A DNA stretch of 64,000 nucleotides from Podarcis bocagei (taxonomy: Eukaryota), in assembly GCA_964188305.1 (NCBI GenBank), contig OZ076894.1; one strand, given 5' to 3'. How positions within the stretch are numbered: position 1 is the first letter of the stretch; each line of letters begins with the position of its first letter. The notes beneath the pieces were generated by a model, which did no database searches, was not told the DNA's origin, and was given only the letters and a program-made list of their open reading frames with translations. Positions 50,825-63,099 of the stretch are shown one piece after another. The position numbers and the translations under genes were made by a program.

Positions 50825-52223
50825 CTTTCCCAGTGCTTTAGAATGTGGTCCTTCTTCAGATGAGTGTGGTGGGAAAACATAGCAATGCTAATACTGTTCA
50901 GAACTAAAATTCTGTGATGTATGTTAATGTCATGAAGGTTTAGTGGTAAGAACTGCTCAGGGTCATGACATAAGTTAGGTGTACTATCCAAAGGTTACCT
51001 CGTTCAAAGTCTTTATCTTGGATTAATCCCATTTGGGTCAATGGGACTTCTCCAAAGTAAGGAGACCTAAAGGCCCATTCCTGTAGATGGCTTAGACCAG
51101 TTGATGGCTGCCAATGGGGAGAGAGTATTGGCAGCAGAAAAAAACCCATATAAACAGTGTACGGCTGGGAGGTTCAGAAGGACAATGGGATTGTGCCTGA
51201 AGTATTGAAAGCTTTTTGTGATAGCTTATATAACGGACTGAAATTTCCTTTCCCTTCTTGAGCTTCATGTTTCCGTAATAAACCCCAGCATGTCACATCA
51301 CCATTTCTCTCCACACTGGCAGCTGAATGCCTGAGCACCTTATGCACCAGTATCTAATGTACATCAACGCATATTAATAAAGTGATTCTGATCTTTGACT
51401 TGCCTGTAAAGTAGCAACTGTTTGTAAAGAATCAATTATGTGTTGACATTAGCAAGTGCAGAGCTGTAATGGATAGTGCAATTCCAGGAGTCAGAGAGGC
51501 CATCTGGGATCTTTGACCTTAACCTGAGGAGTAGAAGTCCTCCTCCTTGCTACCATATTAGTTGTTAGTTGATCACTACCTTGGGAGCCTGTTTTCTGAC
51601 TAGTTTTTAAGCTCTACAGCAAAATCATCATCATAATCATCAAGTTCCATTAAAAACAGCAGATGGAGATTATAGGGACATACTGTAATGGCACTCTGCA
51701 TGTTACGTACTTTCCGAGCAACTCAAGGAAATGAGATTATAAACTAGAAAAAATAAGTCAGCAATATAAGCAGAGGAAGAAGCCATCCCAATAAGCAGAA
51801 GCAGAAACTCCAATCTGGTCATGATGATGAACTAGTGAGCTATTCTGTTTCAAGAGCTGCCACAAATGCAGGAAGCCCAAACTGGGATTTGCCAACAGTG
51901 CATCACAGTTGCCATGACACTGCTGCACTGCAGGAATATCATGTGACTCATTCAGGCAGTCAGCTGATCTACATACAGTAAGTGATCTAGCCATAAATTC
52001 AGTTGACCTACCAAAGCATCGTGTGGTTAAGCTGTGTAAACAGAGTGAGCAGAGGATAAGGGAAGTAAAAGCGGGACATTGCACTGTGAAAGCTGCCTTG
52101 GGCCATGGAGAAATTCCAACCCCGGCTGCCAGGCTATGAGGTTGATGTCAGAATGGATGTAAATGGGCTCCTTTTCTGAAGCATCTTAAAACACCACTTT
52201 CAAGTCAAGAGCTGAGGCTCTTG

Positions 52224-52237
52224 CAGCCATCTAGTGA
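52224..52237 (-). promoter_or_regulatory. CTCF-like motif TCACTAGATGGCTG
   Basis: Good match to the CTCF core, same orientation as the 49360 site. Confidence 0.4.
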
Positions 52238-52436
52238 CAGAGCTTGTGCGGGCAATTATCACCACTACTAAGACTGAACATGCATTAGAGTCATGTTCTT
52301 GTAGATATCATCATGATGAATGAAAAAAGATGAACACTTCATGGCTGCCAAAAACAAAAGCAATAGTTGTACTTTTCCCCCACCCCCATCTGTCTTCTTG
52401 TCCTGTCCAGTATTTCTTCAGTAGTTTTTCTTTCTC

Positions 52437-52594
52437 GCTTTGGTTCGTCAGAAGCGGCTTAGTCACGCTGGCCAAATGACCCAGAATCTGTCTGTGGACA
52501 AACGCCGGCTCCCTCGGCCTATAGAGCGAGATGAGCGCCGCAACCCCAGAGTCGTCTGCGACTGGACCTAACGGTCAGGGGTACCTTTACCTTT
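52437..52594 (+). mobile_element. 5'-truncated Sauria SINE
   Basis: Near-identical to the 3' half of the 45151 copy (CAGAAGCGGCTTAGTCA...GCAACCCCAGAGTC...ACCTTTACCTTT). Confidence 0.88.
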
Positions 52595-53178
52595 TTATGC
52601 TTTACATATGCATGTTTTTCTCCCAGACCTAAACCAATTCCTCCTTCCAACAAGTGCCTTGTCTTATAAAGTCTTGATTTCTCCATACCTATTTTGCTCT
52701 GATTTCTCATCCTCTGCTCTCTTGCTTATTAGCATTTCAGCTATTGTATAGGTTTGATTTGCTTCCTTTGTAGATCTTTATCTCCATTGGAAGGGGTTGT
52801 TGCATTAGGGCTGAGCCAATTTTTTTGTGGGCAAGGATTTTTTTGGTGTGCCATGCTATTTTACCCATTCACAACCATTCTTACTTTTGGTGCAAATTTT
52901 AAAACAGAGGGTGAGTTTCCTCCACTTTCTGATTATGTCTTCCAGCCACTCAGCGATCATATAGGCAGCATTATGATGCCATGGCACCACAAAACCAATT
53001 GATTTGGCTGTGTGACAGCACACTGAAGTAAAATCAGAGTTAGGGCAACTCTTCCTGTTTTCACTCTGAAAGTGGGACTGCTTACCTCAGTTGCTGAAAA
53101 GAGTATCATGTTTCACAAAAACAACTGTTAACCAGGTTTGTGGTTTGAGCCCACCCAGAGACAGCTGTGGGCAATATT

Positions 53179-53240
53179 GTAGGGGTTGGACTATAGAACC
53201 CCCCAAGGTCCCTTCCAACTCTACAATTCTATGATTCTAT
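53179..53240 (+). mobile_element. CR1 3' terminus
   Basis: GGGGTTGGACTA...GGTCCCTTCCAACTCTACAATTCTATGATTCTAT. Confidence 0.8.
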
Positions 53241-56010
53241 AAAAATTTGGAATATCACCTCTTCCCCAGTTTGGGTCAATACTAAGTCGTGTGTGAGTGA
53301 GTGAGTGAGTGAGGGAGTGAGTGAGTGAGTGAATATATCAGAGCAGTGGTAGTGGTGTTTTTCTTAATACTAGTAAATCTAGTAATAAAATCCTATTTAT
53401 TTTCAGGCAGTAATTTGGTGGGTGGGAAAGAAGCCATTGTATTTAATAAATTCTGTAACTATATTTTCATGCCTAGCAATGCCACTATACCCTCAGCAAA
53501 GCATAGCCAGTGCATTGCCTTCTCATTTGCAACAGAGCTACACCAGAGTGCACACAAAAGACTGCATTTGTCCAAAATAAAAGTGTTATTGTCATCCCCT
53601 GCCACCTCAAGCTATTCTTAGCAATAGATATTTTGAGATCACCAGAATACATTGTAAGGTGCCCAGGATCTGAGTAGCTGCTTCTTGGAACTTGGGTCTT
53701 GCATGGTTGAGGTTTCATTACTTCTAGAATCATTCATTAGAAGTATAAATTACTTGCTACTCAGTAGCTGCCAAGAATAACTCGAACATCATCCTCTGCC
53801 AAGCTCTAACATTGGCACTGGGCTCATGCCCTGTCAAAATAAGCTCAGTTCATGTAGTCAAGCTTTTGGCCAGCACTCAGTATGTTAATATTAGGCACTC
53901 ATGCTAATGGCAGTGAAGGTCATAGGTGTGACAGTGTCATTTGGTACTAAAAAGGTAATGTGTGCTTTAATTAGCTAATACAGTGTTGATAGTGACTGAT
54001 TTGCCATTGCTATATTTGATCAGTATTGCTAATTTTAATTATCACTCCTCTTTTCCAGAGATGCCCACTTTTGGCTTTGTGTTTCATTACTCCTTACAGT
54101 TCGCTTGACTTACATGGCTCGTGGCTTGGTATTCTTTCCTAATGAAATACCAATTGTAACCTCATTATGATCCACAGCGATTGGGTGATGGAAGTGCCTA
54201 CACAATCTAGGGTAACATATTTCCATGTGCTCTGTGGTTCCCTGAAAACAGGGTCCAGGCAGAAGACCCAGTTTGCCTCGCAACTACATTATCCACAAGC
54301 TCCACATTGTCATTCTTCCCATATGCAGCAACAGCAGATATTTATATGGGAGAAAGGAAAAGGGCACAATATCAGGCAGGAGTGGCTAATCTGGCCCCCG
54401 TGCAATTTTTTCTGACCCTCAGCCCTAATACTTTTGGTGACAGTAGCACCAACACAGACACAGCTTTGGTGTGGGCAGAGTTGGGCTGATGATGTGAATC
54501 AGTCTCTTCCCATTCATCATTTCAACCATGTGATGAGCAGAGAGGGGGTGATGATCCCTTTCCTCGACCAATTTGCTCAGATCATTTGAGGAGCTCGGCT
54601 GTGTGCATGTGTGAGTGGGATGAGTGTGAGGTGGCCAAGTTCACACCCACCAGTGGCATGCAGCCTCATGCAGCTCCTGTCCAGTTCCCGGTGACACTAG
54701 TATAGGAAGGGAAGCACAAAAGGTTTTGCACTTCTTAACTATGTTGCTGCCTGCAGTCCATTGTCTTTGTCCTATAGAGCTCATCGTGAACTGTGGAGAG
54801 CCATACCACCCTTCCTTGGATAATCGCACCTTGGTTTGCACTGCTTGTTCATGCTACTGCGTGATAAAGAAACAGTACCAAGAATTGTTTTTAGGTATGT
54901 AAGTAACTTCACTACTAATACTAATTTACAAAGTGCTCCATGACTGGTCTTCTTCACCCTTGGAACACTGTGAGATATAATCTTGCTCTCTTCCTAGAGG
55001 CATAGAGCTGAGGACTAGAGGTTGTGATGTCAAGGTTACCCATACCCACTGAATTAAGTTCATTAAAATAAATAAACGCTTATAATCCTGCCTTTCTGCC
55101 ATGGGGCTCTTAAAGAGGTCTCCATAGGGTTCTCAGGCACTGATCAGAATCAGACCCTGAGCAGCTCAGCTTCAACAAGGTTGCTCCACCCGGCACCTTC
55201 AGACAGTGCCCTGATCTAGGGGTTGAACTTTAACCCATATTTGATCTATTTTTAGTTCACACAAAACAGGGAACCAAAAATGCTCAGTTAATGGGTTAAA
55301 AATATATATGTTGACTGGGAGCAAATTTTATCACTTGTGTAACCTCGCACTGCCATCTTGCTCCATGTTTACTAAACTCACCTCGCCAAATGGTCCTGGG
55401 AGGCAGCCAGGTTACTAAAATATGGCTGTCCACGACAAGTAGAGACAAACTACGATACCATCAATTAATCTATGTGCACTTCAAGTTGCACATTTAACCT
55501 TCTCTACAGAAGATAGGACTGGGCAAGGGCGTGTGTGTGTGTGTGTGTGTGTGTTTAAAAAACATCCTAAGCTATAACAATCTAGTATTATTAAACATAG
55601 ACAGACAGAAATAGTGCGGGAGGACTTAAGAATTTGTAATTTATTCATAAACTGCTAAGCCATCATAGCAAACTTTTTAAATGAAATCTGATAGTTCTTT
55701 AAATATTTACCAGCTTGTTGACCCATTTTCTCAGTTAATTAGGGATTGCATTAACAATGTACTGAACAGAGGCAGCTTTTAAAATTAAGCAGCCCAACTA
55801 TTGTGCATTGCACAAAGTTTTTATTTTGTTCAATGAAGCTAGAGAAAGGATGCTCAATTGAAAACATCCCAATTCTTTAACAAAAAAGACACTTAATATA
55901 TGACTAGATTAATCACTTTTCCTATGACTTAGTTGACAGATCCAGATTATCTTTCTAGGAAGAACATTCATTTTTCAGTCTTCTCTGTTTCTGTAATAAC
56001 TTTTTACTTA

Positions 56011-56738
56011 CCGTATTTTTCGCCCTATAAGACGCACTTTTTCCCCTCCAAAAATGAAGGGGAAATGTGTGTGCGTCTTATGGGGCGAATGCAGGCTTTC
56101 GCTGAAGCCTGGAGAGCGAGGGGGGTCGGTACGCACCGACCCCTCTCGCTCACCAGGCTTCAGGAAGCTATCCGCTAGCTGTGGGAGACCCAGCTCTCCC
56201 AGGGCTAGCGGAGAGCTTGCCTGCACCCAGAAGCTTGGGGCGCGCTGAGCTCCGCATGCCCCAAGCTTCGGGATTAGCGCAGTGCTCCGCTAGCCCTGGG
56301 AGAGCCGCGCGGCTCTCCCAGGGCTAGCGGACTGCTTGCGCGCACCCAGAAGCTTGGGGCGCGCTGAGCTCCGCACGCCCCAAGCTTCGGGATTAGCGCA
56401 GCTGTCCGCTAGCCCTGGGAGAGCTGCGCGGCTCTCCCAGGGTAGCGGACTGCTTGCCGGCACCCAGAAGCTTGGGGCGTGCGGAGCTCAGCAGGCCCCA
56501 AGCTTCAGGATTAGCGCAGCTGTCCGCTAGCCCTGGGAGAGGCGCCCGGCTCTCCCACGGCTAGCAGAGACCTTGCCGGCACCCAGAAGCTTGGGGCGTG
56601 CTGAGCTCCGCACGCCCCAAGCTTCGGGATTAGCGCAGCGCACCTGGGGGGGAAATAAATTTTTTTCTCCTTTATTTCCCCCCCAAAAAACTAGGTGCGT
56701 CTTATGGGCCGGTGCGTCTTATGGGGCGAAAAATACGG
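56011..56738. mobile_element. Non-autonomous Tc1/mariner-superfamily MITE with internal ~119-bp tandem hairpin array
   Basis: 27-bp TIRs CCGTATTTTTCGCCCTATAAGACGCAC / GTGCGTCTTATGGGGCGAAAAATACGG (1 mismatch); TA on both flanks (56009-10, 56739-40). Confidence 0.92.
56172..56640. repeat. GC-rich tandem repeat, ~4 units of 118-119 bp, each with two hairpins
   Basis: CACCCAGAAGCTT recurs at 56224, 56343, 56461, 56580; perfect 44-bp palindrome at 56287-56330. Confidence 0.92.
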
Positions 56739-58586
56739 TACTTCAGCTGCACATATTTTCTTACCATGATTTCTGTGATAGCCTGCATTATTTTCCAGTG
56801 AAAGGTTTTGCAGTATTTGCTTCTAATGAAAATGAATGAGTAATTCATCATACTTTCTCAACCTTTTTCAGTGCACTCGTTCATTTCCATCCTTAACCTG
56901 AATCCCTTCATCTGAAACACATAATTGTGCAGCTGAAAATAATTCAGGGAAGATGTGGCCACACATTTGGCCTGTTGCCAAAAGGGATTGAGAGATGTTT
57001 TAGTTGTTTGTTTCTTCCTGGTCATCACCTTTATTTTCCCTCACTATTTCCCTGTTATTAGCTGCTGCCTTGTACTTTATTTTGCATATATTTTGAGTTT
57101 TGAAGTCTTTTCAAAAATCTTTTAGCAGAGTGTTTCATATTGAGGATGAAAGTTGGGATATAAATGTTTCTAATAAACACATAGCAAGCTCTGGGAGTAA
57201 GAAGAGGCATGCCCAGTGCATCCCATTCTATGACAACTTAATGGTCTTGACGACTATTTAAATCTATTTCAGGTTAAGCAAATTCTTTTAAAAGGTATGT
57301 GATTTTAAAGTGAGAGTTGCAACAATGTTGCAGTTTAGAGTGCTTCTCTTCAGGGCCAGCCAGCCATTCCCATTCCCAGGATACTCCATTAAATTTCCTG
57401 ATTCCCTGGTCTTCTCTTCTCTTGCCCCACCTACTTCCACAGTCAGCCAGCATTGCATGGTTATTGAGCATGCCTTCCCTGGGGTCCCCTCTACTTAATA
57501 ATGATATTTTTTAAATTTCTACATACTTTGGGATTCCCCAAAGCATACCTTCTGGGTATGCTTAGAGAAGGATTTGCACTCAGAGTAGTAAATAGCCTTT
57601 GCCAATTAACTCTGAATTTCTACTTGGTCTCAGAGGAACCATTGCCCATGCCTTCTTTAATCCAGCGCAACCTGAATCTGAAGCAAGTTTTTCCAGTCAA
57701 AGTGCTAAAAGGCTGTAAAAGTTGTAATAGGGCCATCCATTGGGTTTCCTGAGTTGACCTGAGGTCTTTGTTCCAATTGTTCCAATTGTTCCAATAGCTG
57801 AACTGACCCAAAGTAGAAAACAAAGCAACTGCCAGCCGTGAGGATTAAACAAGCCAGCATATCAAGGTGCAAATGGCTAGAAGAAGCTTTCTCTCCATTT
57901 ACACCTGATGAGCAGCCATGTTCCTCTGCCAAAAGGTGGCATTTACTGTGTCTTTGTTTCCTTCCTGGAGATCAATTCACAATGCAGCCAGTCAGTGTTT
58001 GCATCCCATGGATCAATTTTCTTAACTGCCAGTGTTGCTCTGTTTTGTTTTTCTAAACAGGAAAGTTAGCTCAAGTGGCAAACATTTGACTGATTTGAGA
58101 AATCTCACACACCAAACCAAAGGCATCGCAACGTAAGTGAGAAGAGGGCAAAGGGCTTCTATTTACTTGAAAAGAAGAACGCAAGAGCAGAAACTTTTTC
58201 TGCAGAGACGAACTAGGAGGTGACACTCAGTGGCAGAGGAATGATTTCTATTTCTGGCACTACCTTAAGGCAACAAAGGAAACATAATAGCAACAATAGT
58301 CCAATTTAATGAGCAGGTATGCAATATTAATTGCATTAAGAGTTACACTTTGAACAAAACATAACTTTATCTTTTCATATCTGAAAGTAAGAACATCTGC
58401 ATAATATCTGCAAAGTAGCTAGATACATCTGCATTGCAACAAAATCATGTGTACACAAAACAGGTTTGCTTAGATGGTTATATGCAACTGCTCCACTTCC
58501 TGTGCTATTATTTTCTACTGCAGGCCTACAGATGAAGCTATCTGACATCTAACAGGAAGAACAACCACCATGAGCTAGTAGACATC

Positions 58587-59222
58587 CTAGAGAACAGCTT
58601 TTTTCCCACTGCCTGATGGGCTGATCCAGTTGTATTCTGCCTGTACTAGAACAAAGCTGTTCTCTCGTATTTTTCTGAAATGCATCATCTCCCCATTCTC
58701 CTGAAGTGCCATGGCATTATTTTCTGGCTCACTAAAGGACACTTCCGTTCGCTTGTGACAATACTGGGAATGGATGCAGCGTAGACCAACAGCCAGCACC
58801 ATGCTGAGGACAGCAGAGCATCCAAGGAGAACACCCAGCTGAGCTACTACAAGCTGGGACTCCTTGCGTGACTTTCCTCCTCCTCCTCCAGAAACAGTAG
58901 CTTTGGGTGTGGCTCTTGTTAGCTTCAGGAGTGTGTTCTCAGGGATATCCTTTCTGCCCTTTCCTTCCTGCTCATGTGATGTAAGTTCAGCCTGGGGCAG
59001 GAAGTTTGCTGGAACTTCCCACGTCGCTGCTTGTTTCTCTGCCATCTTCCTTGAAGCTCCTGATAAAGTTTGATAGACACTCGTGTCCTCTTCACTACCT
59101 AAATGCTCTGATATTGTTCCCATGCCTGGAAGGCGTAGAGGATCCCGGAAGTGGACCAGCGGTGAAGCTGTAACGGGTAGCACAGACTTGCTAAGGCCTG
59201 GGTTAGGTCTTGTAGAAACCCC
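58587..59222 (-). CDS. REELD1: REELD1 (reeler domain containing 1) terminal coding exon: Ser/Thr/Pro-rich stalk, transmembrane helix [19 protein letters not shown], tail ending [25 protein letters not shown]
   Basis: Minus-strand acceptor ttgtttttaag|GGG extends ORF 58587..59183 in frame (phase 0); C-terminus matches remembered human REELD1 (TEVSFSEP...[25 protein letters not shown]); REELD1 lies tail-to-tail with SLC10A7 in mammals. Confidence 0.92.
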   Translation of the reverse strand, partial: [211 protein letters not shown]

Positions 59223-59699
59223 CTTAAAAACAAAGAGATGAAGTGCACATGGGATGTGACAGCCTTTTAGTTGTTCAGTTAGATCAAAACTATCATCGTT
59301 AACCTACTAGAATCGTCACAATTCTCACAGATAACTGTTCTCATCATAATAGCACACCACTTCTTAAGAGCTCTTAAAATGATCCTAGAACAGTATTGAA
59401 TCAGACCAATGGGAGGGGATGAGGAAGAAGATAGGTAACCATTGATTAGCATTCAGAATTCTCATTTTAGAAAGGCTTCTTAGCTTGCAGAGGTAGGAGC
59501 AGGTTTATGCTGTGTGACCTTCAGAGATGAACATGTTGTTTTCTTACTGTGATGCCGTTATATGCTTTGGTGATGGGCTTGGCGTTTGGGTAAAGGAATG
59601 TTACAGAACTATTTTGTTTACCCCACTGGTCTGTGCTCGCTCAAAAAATGTCTGATAGGTTTTATAGACAGAGGAGAATAAAGTTAGCCTGTTGCACAA

Positions 59700-59895
59700 T
59701 CAAATGCTTCTATCAGATGTCAAGGAGATAAAGAACTATACAACATTTAGAAGACATCTGGAGGCAACCTTGTATAGGGAAGGATTTAATGTATTATTAT
59801 GCTTTTATATTTGTTGGAAATCCTCCTCCAGTGGCTGGGGCAACCCAGTCAGATGGGTGCAGTACAATTATTTATTTATTTTTATTATTATTATT
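59700..59895 (+). mobile_element. L2-type LINE 3' end
   Basis: Similar to the 46308-46530 copy, ending in a (TTA)n/(TTTA)n tail. Confidence 0.65.
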
Positions 59896-61745
59896 CATCT
59901 AGGTTAGACTCCACTTCTTGGCCACTGCCAGTTATGGAAAATGGAAATGCGAGAGCCAATATGGTAGAGAAGGGCAAAACTATGGAAATGCATGTTCCAA
60001 TTCTCACTAAGTAATGAAGTTCATTGGGTGACCTTTGGGCCAGTCACCATCTCTCAGCCTATCCTATTCTATGAAGTAAGCATTTGCCTGTTCTTTTATG
60101 CCTTCTGACAATCTCTGTCTTATCCCTACTATTCATGCGGCAATTACTACCCTCTCCTTGACACTGCTGCCTTGTCTCTTCCCTATGAACTATAACTCCT
60201 CTGAGCAGAATCTGTATCACTTCTGTGTTCTGCTCAGTGCCTAATATCATGAGCAAAAGAAAACACTGAGTAGCAGGACTAGGAAAGCTACTACCACTGA
60301 GAATCGTAGTAGTTGAAAGAGCATATCCGTATGCTGTATCTATGGCCCAAGGGTTAATTGTAAGACATGTCTATCCTCTTTCAGCAGAGCTGTTTACAGC
60401 CAGCTGTCTCCTGTCTATACAACTCCAGGAATAATTGGCATCAAAATGAACACTTAGAACACAATAGCTTTGAATGTCTGCATAAAAAGGTACCACAAAC
60501 CCAGTGGGACTCTCTTTCAAGAGTTTACTTTAACTTATTTAAGATTTCAGAGAGTCTACTGCCCTCTAACTGGAGTAAGCGAGAACAGCACTAATGCCTC
60601 AGTATATACGAGATCTACATCAAAATCCACTGACTGGAAAATCAGACATTGACTATTTTGCCTTCTTTCCAGGACCTGCCATCATGAGTACTGCAGCACT
60701 GTGCTCATTTAGTCTTTCTGAATGTACTTCAGATTTTCACTAAATTCAGACACTTTAAGGGGAGAGAAACTCACCAAATGCACTTCTTTGCTTGGCCTGT
60801 TTTCTCTGTGGTCTACACACCATGCCTGTGTCTGAAGCCAGTAATAGTGGGGAGAGAATTATTTGCTTCAGAATCCGACGAATCTTAAAGCTAACTAGGT
60901 CACAACTAATTAAGCACATCAGTTTTGGCAATCTGTGCTTATCAAGAGACATGAAATGACCTCAGATGCAGTCTACGTGTGCCAGACATTCCAGACAGGA
61001 TTCCGGAAGGCTAAAATCAAGCTTTTGTTGGATCCTCTGTATTTGCAGACTGGGGGCAAGTTTTCAAGTCACAAAGAATTCTTCCTCACTCAAGTAAAAA
61101 CCAGAGTTTCTACATGCAAAAGGCTTCTGCCCCATTACCAGCAGGCCGACCCTCTGTTAAACCAAATGTTCTGCAAACAAACAACACATTCCCTACAAGG
61201 TCTGTTCAGCCTTGTGTGAGTATGGGACCAAGCCTATGACTTTCCCATCACAAAGCAAACAAAGCAGAAGTGTGTCCATTATACTTTTGAGTTCAAGCCT
61301 TCAAGGACAATTTGTTCTCCATATACATGGTTGGGGGTGGGAATACAGTTACAGATTTGTTTTCAGTCCCACATTGTTATACTCTTACGATTTCAATGCA
61401 GATTAAATAATGAGACAAGTTCTCATTGCATTCAGTGACTCTCTGACTGCAGGCCTTACAAAGCAGCAGGAAAATGGTCTCAGGAGCATTTGAATTTGGG
61501 TCTGAGGAGAGACTCTAAATTTTATCATTAGTAGAATTTAGCTATGTGTTGGGTCACTGCAATGGCTCTTACTTATTTGCACACCTCTTTGAGATTAGAG
61601 TGTGGTACCAGTTTAAACAAATACATCTCACTTTTATTGTATTAGGCTTTTTTCAGAAAGACACAATGCTGAAGCAGAACAGTAACAATGTACTACCAAA
61701 GATCTTTCTTGAAAACAAATCAAATGCCATCCTTTCAGTGCTTAC

Positions 61746-61809
61746 CTCCATGCCTTTTATACATGTAGAGCAAAGCTGTGATATGGGAAAGCTTGAAGTA
61801 TTTTCTCTC
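61746..61809 (-). CDS. REELD1: REELD1 penultimate coding exon, 64 nt, (R)RENTSSFPISQLCSTCIKGME
   Basis: Minus-strand acceptor ctccccaacatttcag| and donor GAG|GTAAG; phase 2/0 exactly bridges the flanking exons with no stop. Confidence 0.8.
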
Positions 61810-61971
61810 CTGAAATGTTGGGGAGCAAAGGGTAAATTAATTACATTTCATTCAGCTTGTATTCTGCACACATGTTCCTAACTGTCATAGGGAAATTCGT
61901 CCCAAAGCTTACTCAGGACTGGGGGTGGGGGGATGCTTTAATTGTATGGTATGTCACAGATATGAATCCCA

Positions 61972-62130
61972 CATAGGAGGCTGCTTACACAGAGCCAGAC
62001 CACTGGCTTGTCTAGCTCAGCACTGTCTACATGGACAGGTAGCACATCTCCAGGGTTTTAGGCAGAGGTCCTTTGCAGACTTACATGGAGATGCTGCAAG
62101 CTAGCTACTCTACCACTGAGCCACAGCCCA
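61972..62130 (-). mobile_element. tRNA-derived SINE with CR1-like tail (related copies at ~6905-7118 and ~63410-63555)
   Basis: CTAGCTCAGCACTGTCTACA...CTCCAGGGTTTTAGGCAG...CTCTACCACTGAGC (reverse-complement A box GCTCAGTGGTAGAG). Confidence 0.6.
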
Positions 62131-62786
62131 TATGTGCCACAGAATCAGATCTGTTTCATATAAGCTAGGCACTATGTGAAGGTCATTTGAAATCATACGC
62201 TCAGGTGAGCTCTGGAGCTGAAAACCAAAGACAAAGAATGGGCTTGTGCCCAACACTCTGAGCACTGGGACTTCCACTTCCCCTCCTCTCCACTGCAGCC
62301 CCCTGCACGACCTCCAGAATCGGCTCCAGAGAGGCCCCCCAAGAGAGATTTGGAGGATACATAGGGGACAGAAGGAAAAGGGGGAAAGGAAAATTCCCTT
62401 TGCACAAGTGGAAGTCAATCCTGCACACACAATGGCAGCACTAGATACAAGCTGCAGAGACCATCTCTCCAGAGACTGTCTCTCTCCATGAGCATCTTAT
62501 TTTGCTACCGGACAGCTATCATTCCAGGTAACTTTCAAATGGCACCCATTTTGCATTTAGCTGGGCTTAGTCCTCCAGAATGCCTACGCCTGGCACTGTT
62601 TGAAAGCTCTGCTGCTGTTATTCTGCAATTATTTACACACTTAAAATGAAATACAAACGTGTAACAGAGAGAGATGCAGCACTCAGAATCTTTTAAGACT
62701 CTGCCGTGTTTTGGCAAATCCAGAATTCATAAATATTAGTGCAATAAGTGTTATGTGCAGCATGACATGTAATGCTCACACAGTAC

Positions 62787-63099
62787 CTGTTGTACATGCT
62801 GTGGCTGGAGGAATGATGTTGTACTATGAAGCCGAGATCCTGGAACTGAAGTGATGGCTCCAGTGTGAGATCACCAACTGTGCCACTTCCATTAGCTTGT
62901 CTTTCTCTACTGCGACTGATGGCATGTGAAGTGACCAAGTCTGCAAGGGATTCAGACAGAGCATTTCCATTGTCAGGAGGCTCAGAGACTTGTCGTCCAC
63001 TGTAAGATGGATCCAAAATCAATGTGGCTGCAAGCCGAGTCAGACTAGTATGTGTTAATTTTGCAAACTGAGTTAAGATGGTGTCAGGAGTGGAACTTT
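62787..63099 (-). CDS. REELD1: REELD1 coding exon, 313 nt, (E)SSTPDTILTQ...GDLTLEPSLQFQDLG...SMYN(R)
   Basis: Minus-strand acceptor tttgtgcttaaccccag|, donor AG|GTACTG; phase 1/2; within ORF 62693..63115; TLEPSL motif shared with remembered human REELD1. Upstream exons (reeler domain) were not found, so they presumably lie beyond the window. Confidence 0.82.

Noticed and set aside
56172-56640. CRISPR-like array of palindromic repeats
   Set aside because: Eukaryotic DNA; the intervening sequences are repeated rather than unique spacers; no cas genes; lies inside a MITE.
60775-60831. This segment as the constitutive penultimate REELD1 exon
   Set aside because: A phase-2 start gives an in-frame TAG; the 64-nt exon at 61746-61809 fits instead. 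Kept only as a cassette-exon candidate.
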